Origin: the human T2T-CHM13v2.0 reference genome, Homo sapiens
Strand: one strand, 5' to 3'
DNA length: 64,000 nucleotides
NCBI RefSeq assembly: GCF_009914755.1
Contig: NC_060925.1
This document shows positions 1-64,000 of this stretch, in pieces. The position numbers and the translations under genes were made by a program. Under the pieces are notes generated by a model. It worked only from the letters and a program-made list of their open reading frames with translations, did not search any database and was not told the DNA's origin. How positions within the stretch are numbered: position 1 is the first letter of the stretch; the number at the start of each line of letters is the position of its first letter.

Positions 1-735
1 TGCTTTATGAATCTGGGTGCTCCTGTATTGGGTGCATGTATATTTCAGATAGTTAGCTCTTCTTGTTGAATTGATCCCTTTACCATTATGTAATGGCCTT
101 CTTTGTCTCTTTTGATTTTTGTTGGTTTAAAGTCTGTTTTATCAGAGACTAGGATTGCAACTCCTGCCTTTTTTTTGTTTTCCATTTGCTTGGTAGATCT
201 TCCTCCATCCCTTTATTTTGAGCCTATGTGTGTCTCTGCACATGAGATGGGACTCCTGAATACAGCACACTGATGTCTTGACTCTTTATCCAATTTGCCA
301 GTCTGTGTCTTTTAATTGGAGCATTTAGCCCATTTACATTTAAGGTTAATATTGTTATGTGTGAATTTGATCCTGTCATTATGATGTTAGCTGATTATTT
401 TGCTCATTAGTTGATGCAGTTTCTTCCTAGCTTCGATGGTCTTTACAATTTGGCATGTTTTTGCAGTGGCTGGTGCCAGTTGTTCCTTTCCATGTTTAGT
501 GCTTCCTTCAGGAGCTCTTTTAGGGCAGGTCTGGTGGTGACAAAATTTCTCAGCATTTGCTTGTCTGTAAAGTATTTTATTTCTCCTTCTCTTATGAAGC
601 TTAATTTGGCTGGATATGAAATTCTGGGTTGAAAATCCTTTTCTTTAAGAATGTTGAATATTGGCCCCCACTCTCTTCTGGCTTGTAGAGTTTCTGCCGA
701 GGGATCAGCTGTTAGTCTGATGGGCTTCCCTTTGC
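1..735 (-). mobile_element. L1PA fragment (end of ORF1 / start of ORF2)
   Basis: reverse complement matches primate L1 ORF1 C-terminus, inter-ORF spacer and endonuclease start. Confidence 0.9.
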
Positions 736-747
736 TACTTCTTAAGA

Positions 748-749
748 AA

Positions 750-818
<69 letters not shown>
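748..818. repeat. poly(A) followed by (TA)n microsatellite
   Basis: A run then about 22 TA units. Confidence 0.95.
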
Positions 819-3656
819 TCTGCTTCAATATTACTCTCTTCTCTTTTGGAGACTTCAACTACATGTATGTCAGATTATTTGATATTGTCCCACAGGATCC
901 TAGGACTTGGTTAATTTTTTTTTTTTTAGCTTTTTTCATTTTTTTTTTTTTAGATTGCATATCTTCCAATTATATGCCTTTAAAGTCACTGAATTTTTCT
1001 TTTGCTCATCCAGTGAGTTTCTAAATTTCAGATATTGGACTTTTCATTACTATACTTCTAAGTTCTAGACTTTTCATTTGATTTTTTCTTGTAGTTTCTA
1101 TTTAACTGCTGAGATTTCCTGTCTATTCACTCATTAAGATTATATTTTCCTTTAAGTCTTTTTAAAAATCATTTGTAAATATTTATAATCACTGAAAATC
1201 TTTGTCTGCTTAGCCTTATGCTTGGACCAGCTCCAGATTGGTTTATATTAACAACTTTATTTTTCTTGACTATGGGTCATTTTTTCCTGTTTCTTTGTAT
1301 GGCTAGTGGGTTTTAATTGAATACTGGACATGGTGAATAATATAAAGACTTTGGATTCTAGTTTTCTGAAGAGTGTTAATTCTTATCTTAGGAGGCAGTT
1401 CAACTACTGGTTGATCACCATGAACTTCTGCAACTTTGGTTTTACATTTTGCTTGTGCAAATTCTTTTTTAAAAAAACTATTTATCAAAAAAAACTTTAC
1501 TTGGTTCTGAATCAAATTAACTTACTGTGTGAGATCACATATCTGTGCCATCAAAAGCTTTTCATCTCCTGAATCAGGGCATCATATTTTCTCTCTATGA
1601 AATAAATTAGGTCAAAGCATTTCATTTCCTCTAAATATTTTGGCTTCTACTACAAAGTTGTTTTCACAGTTGAATAAAATTTTGTGAATTTGCAGATAAT
1701 TATTTTTATTATAATTATAATTTTTCACTTTTAAAATGGTGTCCTTGCTCCAATAAAGACCTTCAGGCTGAGGTAGTTTGCTGGTATGATTCCAGGCTCA
1801 GAAACATTTTCTGGTTCCCCTACACTCTGGCTAAGCTGAGTGTTGCACTTAGGACATCCTCGATCACCACCTCACTTTGTGAGTGTTTTTCAATTAGTTC
1901 TTAGAATTGTATTTTATAAATTTGAGGTGCTAAGTATCCCCTGCATGGCATGCTTTCCTGCTTTTACTGCTTATTCAGTGCCATCCCAGAGGACCTACGG
2001 GCAATCCTTGACCCTAACACAATCCTAATTCTGTTTCCAGAGCACTGCAATGTGGACTCGCATTTCTTCTCTCTCCTTTTCTTTCTCTCTTTCATACACC
2101 ACACCTGTAAACACATGTATATTCCTGACTACTACCAATATTTTTGCCCTGCACCAGAACCACATAAGTGGTTCCAGTATGTAGTGCTCTTTCTTGTCCC
2201 TACTCTACTCAGACCTATGTAGAGTCCTTTCTATAGTAATAGACTAGCACTCTTTACCTCCACAACCCTGGCAGGGACAGGCAGAGACAGGGGCCTATGA
2301 ATATTATTTAACTATTTTTTGGTAGCAATATCATTATTTATCTTTCATGACAAGTAGATTCACTGTGGTGTTCTAATTTTTGTAGTTATTTATTTGAATA
2401 CAGATATACATCTTAATAGTATGTATTTGCCCAACTTATAAAAGCCAGTGAAGGATAAAGGCTAATATAATACAATATAAATTAAATCATGAGAAATATT
2501 TACAAATTAATCTAAACTTTAAATAGAACAATTTGCAAGTATACATTTTTGAAACATTGCCTGAGATTCATAAGAACAAAGTAATCAAAGATACTAGCAT
2601 ATTTTGGCCAATAAATTTTATTAACAATTTTATACTTACATAATATTTTTATATGTCCCAATGCCTTCATAATTAATTCTGAGACATTTTTGCCTAAACC
2701 CTGAGGTTAACATTTTACATAAAGCAAAATAAGTTGCAGCTATAGAAGGTTACCATACAAATAGCCAGATAATTAAATGAAAAACAAACTTCATTTTGTG
2801 TTCTGTGGTTGAATATATAATCAAGGTAAAATGAAACACAAAGTTACTTTCTTTGTATCCTGAAGTCACTTAGAGCCTATCCAAATTTGGAAGATAGTTT
2901 TATAAAATCTAAATGGGAGATCAGCCATTCATTTCCAGTTGGACCCATGTGAAAACAATAATTTGCAACAGGCTGGCCAATAATTTCCTGACTCTGCCCA
3001 TGTAATCTCCTGGAATTTGGCTACGTAAATATCATGTCTGGTTTTGGCATACCTGCTGTACTTCTCAATTTTCATGTCTAAACATCACCTGCTTGCATGT
3101 AGGAAAACCCAAAAGGCTTTCTCATACTGTGTATGAGAAGAACCTGATGAAAGAACATTTAATTTCCCTAATTTAGGTAGCAAAGAAGGCTGGGCTGTTT
3201 CCTAAGCATCCCCTGGGACGGAGGCTGATGGTCCCCTATGGGGCACTTTGTTTTAAGCAAGCATTTATCTGATCATGCACCTTCAGCCTGACTGTGAGTT
3301 TTAGAAAATTCTGCTCCCACCCTTTTCTCCTCTCCCCAAGACTTTTACTTGCTCATTATGTGAAGTCCAGGGCACTCTGCAAACATAAATATGAAATCAC
3401 TCTTTTCTCCTTGAAAATTTATTTCATGAACCAATATTAAGTATGGCCAAGTTATGCTTGCATCATGTATTGGGAAATATCCTAGTTTTGTCTTGGATTC
3501 ATTTAATAGATTTATTTATCTGATAAGCAGAAATTCATTTACATTTTTAAATATTTGTTAGACAAATTCACTTCATTTCTATGATCCCTTTCCAATGTTT
3601 GCTCAAAACTTCTTGTAAAATACTTTTCATATACTTTTTAAAAAATTAATAGATTA

Positions 3657-5640
3657 TTGAATGTAAATGGGCTAAATGTCCCACTTAAAAGGCAGAGTGG
3701 CAAGCTGGATAAAAGAGCAAGACCCAATGGTATGCTGTCTTCAAAACACCCATCTCAAACATAATGAGACTCATAGGTTCAAGATAAAGGGATGGAGGAA
3801 AATCTACCGAGCAAATGGACATTAAAATAAAAGCAGGGACTGCAATCCTAATTTCAGACAAAACAGACTTTAAACTAACAAAGATCAAAAAAGATAAAGG
3901 GCGTTACATCAAGGTAAAGGGTTCTATTCAACAAGAAGACCTAGCTATCCTAAATATATATTCATCTAATACAGGAGCACCTGGATTCATAAAGCAAGTT
4001 CTTAGAGACTACAAAGAGACTTAGACTCACACACAATAATAGTGGCAGACTTCAACCCTCCACTGTCAGTATTAGACAGATTATCAAGGCAGAAAATTCA
4101 CAAAAATATTCAGAACCTGAACTCAACAGGACTAAATAGATCTGATAGACCTCTACAGGACTCTCTATCCCAAAACAGCAGAATATATATTCTTCTCATT
4201 GCCACATGACACATACTTTTAAATCAGCCACATAATAGAACATAAAACAATTCTCAGCAAATGCAAAAGAACCAAAATCATACCAAACACACTGTCAGAG
4301 CACAGTGCAATAAAAATAGAAGTCAAGATTAAAGCAATCATTCAAAACCATATAATTACATAGAAATTAAACAACAGGCTCCTGAATGACTTCTGAGTAA
4401 ACAATGAAGTTAAGGAAGAAATCAAGTTCTTTGAAACTAATAAGAACAAAGGTAGAACATACCAGAATCTCTGGGACAGAACTAACAGTGTTAAGAGGGA
4501 AGTTCATAGCATTAAATGCCCACATCAAAAAGGTAAAAAGATCTCAAATTACCAATCTAACACCACAACTGAAAGAATTACGGAAGGAAGAGCAAATCAA
4601 CTCCAAAGCTAGCAGAAGACAAGAAATAACCAAAATCAGAGCTGAGCTGAAAGAAATCAAAACACAGAAAACTATTCAATGTTTGCTTTCTGAAAAACAT
4701 AATAAGATATATAGGGCATTAGCCACACTAATAAAGAAGAAAAGAGAGAAGATCCAAATAGACACAATTAGAAATAACAAAGAGGATGCTACCACTGACC
4801 CCACAGAAATAAAAATAACCATCAGAAACTACTATGAACACCTCTATGCACACAAACTAGAAAATCTAGAAGAGCAGAATAAATTTCTGGACACATACAC
4901 CTTCCCTAGACTGAACCAGGAAGAAATCAAATCCCTAAACCGACCGATAATGAGCTTCAAAATTGAATGAGTAATAAATAGTCTACCATCCCAAAGAAGC
5001 CCAGAACCAGATTAATTCATAGCCATATTCTACCAGATGTACAAAGAAGAACTGGTAGCATTCCTACTGAAACTATTCCAAATAATTGAGAAGGAGGGAC
5101 TCTGCTCTAGCTCATTCTATAAGACCAGCATCATCCTGGTACCAAAACCTGGCAGAGACACAACAAAAAAAGAAAACTTCAGACCAATATTCTTGATGAA
5201 CATTGATGCAAAAATCTTCAACAAAATACTTGCAAACCAATTTCAGCAGCACATCAAAAATCTAATCCATGATGCTCAAGTAGGCTTCATCCCTAGGGTG
5301 CAAGGTTTGTTCAACATACACAAATCAATAAATGCGGATCATCACATAAGGAGAACTAAGTATAAAAGTCACTTGATTATCTCAATAGATGCAGAAAAGG
5401 ATTTTGATAAAATTGGACATCACTTCATGTTAAAAACTCTAAATAAACTGTGTATTGAGGAACATTCCTCAAAATAATAAGAGCCATCTATGACAAACCC
5501 ATATTAGCATCATAATGAATGGGGAAAAGATGGAAGCATTCCCCTTGAAAACCAGCACAAGACAAGGATGCCCTCTGTCACCACTCCTATTCAACATAGT
5601 ATTGGAAGTCCTGGCCAAAGCAATCAGGCAAGAGGAAGAC
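3657..5640 (+). mobile_element. L1 ORF2 fragment (endonuclease to RT)
   Basis: ORFs 3815, 4404 and 5037 are ORF2p ([16 protein letters not shown]). Confidence 0.92.
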
Positions 5641-5647
5641 ATAGTTT

Positions 5648-10352
<4,705 letters not shown>

Positions 10353-10354
10353 AA

Positions 10355-10550
10355 GATTTTGGGTGACGATAATGTGTCACTGTAGGTTCATTAAATGTAA
10401 CAAGTGTTATACTCTGGTGGAGGATTTTGATAATCAGGGAAGCTGGAAGGGAGGGGTGATATATGGGAACTCCCTGAACTTTCTGCTTAATTTTTCTGTG
10501 AACTTGAAACTTCTCTAGAAAGATAAATTCTATCAGAAACATAAACAAAA
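10355..10550 (+). mobile_element. Old L1M (L1MC-like) 3' end
   Basis: resembles L1MC 3'UTR (ATATGGGAACTC...TTTTCTGTGAAC) with an A-rich end. Confidence 0.7.
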
Positions 10551-10928
10551 AAGAACAGAGAATGAGAGTGGGGGAGATTTTTTACAAGAATGTATAGAGG
10601 TGTGACAAAGGATGACTAGATGGGAACTTTTAGATTCTGGAAGGGGACAGCAGTGCAGCAAAGCTTTCATATGGGTGTGAGCTGTCATGCACATGGCTCC
10701 TATCTGAAAATCTTGTTCTTCTAGAATCCAGGTCTGCTGGCCAACATCTCAGCAGTTTTCACCCTGCAGACTTAATTAGGCTTCCTCTTCCTTATGTCCC
10801 CTCCCTGAATATGGCATTTTGAAAGCCCAGTGTTGCCCAGGGGGCATCTCCTTTGTGTTTATGAGAGACCTGCATTCTCCCTGGCTCAGTTCTCTCAGGC
10901 TCTCCAGAGCTCAGGACCTCTGAGAAGA

Positions 10929-61379
<50,451 letters not shown>

Positions 61380-61745
61380 TTTTAAGTCCTTTCGTATAAG
61401 AATTAATGAGACAATTTTCCTACCAAAGGAAGAACAAAAGGATAAATATAATACAAAATATATGTATATGGTTGTTTGACAAATTATATAACTTAGGATA
61501 CTTCTGACTGGTTTTGACATCCATTAACAGTAATTTTAATTTCTTTGCTGTATCTGGTGAAACCCACAAAAACACCTGAAAAAACTCAAGCTGACTTCCA
61601 CTGCGAAGGGAAATTATTGGTTTGTGTAACTAGTGGTAGAGTGGCTTTCAAGCATAGTTTGATCAAAACTCCACTCAGTATCTGCATTACTTTTATCTCT
61701 GCAAATATCTGCATGATAGCTTTATTCTCAGTTATCTTTCCCCAT

Positions 61746-61751
61746 AATAAA
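61746..61751 (+). terminator. AATAAA polyadenylation signal
   Basis: canonical hexamer about 370 nt after the stop codon. Confidence 0.75.
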
Positions 61752-61846
61752 AAATATCTGCCACCTTCTGAGTCCCATAGTCTCTCATTATACCCTGTAG
61801 GGAATGGATAAATTGATGACAATGTATTAGAAAGCCTAGACACTTA

Positions 61847-61962
61847 AGAGGAATTCCAAATACAGAAAAGTCTGATATATGAATTCCCATTTGGAATATT
61901 TAGAGGAATTCCGAATACAGAAAAGTCTGATATATGAATTCCCATTTGGAATATTTAGAGGA
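61847..61962 (+). repeat. 55-bp tandem duplication
   Basis: two copies differing at one base; AGAGGA at the junctions. Confidence 0.95.
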
Positions 61963-62749
61963 TACCATGCAGTACGGAACTCTTGCTCAACATGGAGTAA
62001 CATGACTATGGAATGTTTCAGCAGAGACGGGGTCCAGATAGAACAACCTAATCCCCCATGCTGGTGTGTGCTATAATAGAGATACAGAAATTCCCATATA
62101 TCTGCAGTGGAAAACACAGAATCATTAAGAGAGCCAAGAAGCATCACAAGAGAGCCAAGAGGAATCATTAATCCAGGAGTGAGTGACTGAAATTAAACTG
62201 TGCTAAAGTCCATGCATCTTTTGAGGTTGTAGGGTGGGCAGTGGGGGAGTGGTTAAAATACCAAATAACTTTAGACTTTATCAAGCATGAAAAATAAAAT
62301 TCTCAAACATAGTAACTAAAGAATAGAAATAAAATGTATAAATTTGAAATCTGTAGAGGAAAATACAGAATAAGAAAAAATAGGATATAAAGAGCCAAAA
62401 AAAAAAAAAAGGCCAATACATACTCCCAAAAAGAAGGGGGAAAAGAAGCATAGAAAAGGAACCACAAAGTAAAATAGTAGAAACATATGCAAATACATCA
62501 ATAATTAATGAGTAGAAGATAATCAATGGATAGAAGAACTCACAAGTTAGGACGCAGAGGTTGTCAGATTGGACTTTTTAAATTCCAGACATTACTAAAA
62601 CGTAAGACTATGAAATTACTGAAAGTAAAAAGGTGGTAAATATATGCCAGAAAAATACTAATGGAATCAGAGTAACTATATTAGTATTAGATAAAATAGA
62701 TGAAATAAAAACAAAACATTATCAGTGATAGTCACTATGTGTGATTCAC

Positions 62750-64000
62750 TATATAAACAGAATTAAAAACAAAAACCATATAATCATCTCAGTAGACGCA
62801 GAAAACGCTTTTGATAAAATCTAACATCTCTTCATGATAAAAAACCCTCAACAAACTAGACATTGAAGAAATGTACCTCGAATTAATAAGAGCCATCTAT
62901 GACAAACCCACAGCCAACATCATACTGAATGGGCAAAAGTGAGAAGCATTCCCCTTGAGAACTGGAACAAGACAAGATGCCCACTATCACCACTCTTATT
63001 CAACATAGCACTGGAAGTCCTAGCCAGAACAATCAGGCAACAGAAAAAAATAAAAGGCATCAAAACAGGAAAAGAGGTCAAACTATCTCTCTTCATGGAT
63101 GATATGATTCTATACCTTAAAAACCCTAAAGACTCTGCCAAAAGGCCCTTGGAACTGATAAATGACTTCAGTAAAGTTTTGGGATACCAAATCAATGGCC
63201 AAAAATCAGTAGCATTGCTATATACCAATACATCCAAGCTGAGATCGAAATCAAGAACACAGTCCCTATACCATAGCTACAAAAAGAATAAAATACCTAG
63301 GAATATATCTAACCAATTAGCTGAAAGGTCTCTACAAGGCGAACTACAAAATGCTGCTGAAAGAAATCAGAGATAACACAAACAAGTGGGAAAATATTTC
63401 ATGCTCATGAATTGGTAGCATCAAAATTGTTAAAATGACCATACTTCCCAAAGCAATCTACAGATTCAATGCTATTCCTATCAAGCCAGCAATGTCCTTT
63501 TTCACAGAACTAGGAAAAAAAAGAGCCTGAATAATCAAAGCAATCCTAAGCAAAAAGAACAAAGCCAGAGGCATCACATTACCCACTTCAAACTACACTA
63601 CAAGGCTACAGTAGCCAAAATAGCATGGTACTGGTACAAAATAAACACATATACCAATGGAACAGAATAGAGAGCCCAGAAATAAAGCCATACACCTGCA
63701 ACCTTCTGATCTTCAACAAGCTTGACAAAATAAGCAATGGGGAAAAAGACTCTGTATCCATTAAATTGTGCTGGGATAACTGGCTATCTATATGCTGAAG
63801 AATGAAACTGGACCCCATCTATATGCTGAAGAATGAAACTGGTCCCTTTATACAAAAATTAACTCAAGAGGGATTAAAGACTTAAATGTAAGACCTCAAA
63901 CTATAACAATTCTAGAAGAAAACCTAGGAAATAACCTTCTCCATTTCAGCCCTGGCAAAGAATTTATGGCTAAGTCCCCAAAAGCAATTGTGACAAAAAC
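62750..64000 (+). mobile_element. L1 ORF2 RT/C-terminal fragment, with a 31-bp tandem duplication at 63786-63846
   Basis: ORF 62939 [15 protein letters not shown]...LFMDD. Confidence 0.9.

Noticed and set aside
3355-3400. Minus-strand FIFMFAECPGLH like N LVFLCLLIPGLH
   Set aside because: Single motif with no colinear support
10705-10719. GRE/PRE-like TGAAAAtctTGTTCT
   Set aside because: Left half-site lacks the essential C; such matches are common by chance
10830-10928. In-frame N-terminal extension of CYP4Z1 in the ORF track
   Set aside because: Starts at a non-ATG codon; the known protein and membrane anchor begin at ATG 10929

Overview
Human (primate) genomic DNA holding the complete 12-exon CYP4Z1 gene on the + strand (ATG 10929, TAA 61377-61379). 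The spliced CDS is 1518 nt = 505 aa and open throughout, so this is the functional gene, not CYP4Z2P. Most of the window is L1, Alu, MaLR, MER and MIR/L2 repeats, plus an LTR-less class I ERV interior and a 5'-complete, 3'-truncated alpha-tubulin (TUBA1C-like) retrocopy nested in an L1. The main discovery candidate: much of the remaining unique intronic and 3'-flanking DNA translates, always on the + strand, into decayed but colinear motif series resembling bornavirus N (two copies), L, G and M proteins (introns 2, 6, 8, 9, 10, 11 and just past the polyA site). This suggests a dense, strand-biased cluster of endogenous bornavirus-like elements. These alignments were made by eye against BoDV-1 proteins recalled from memory, have no E-values, and need profile searches. 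Repeat boundaries are approximate; exon boundaries were counted base by base.
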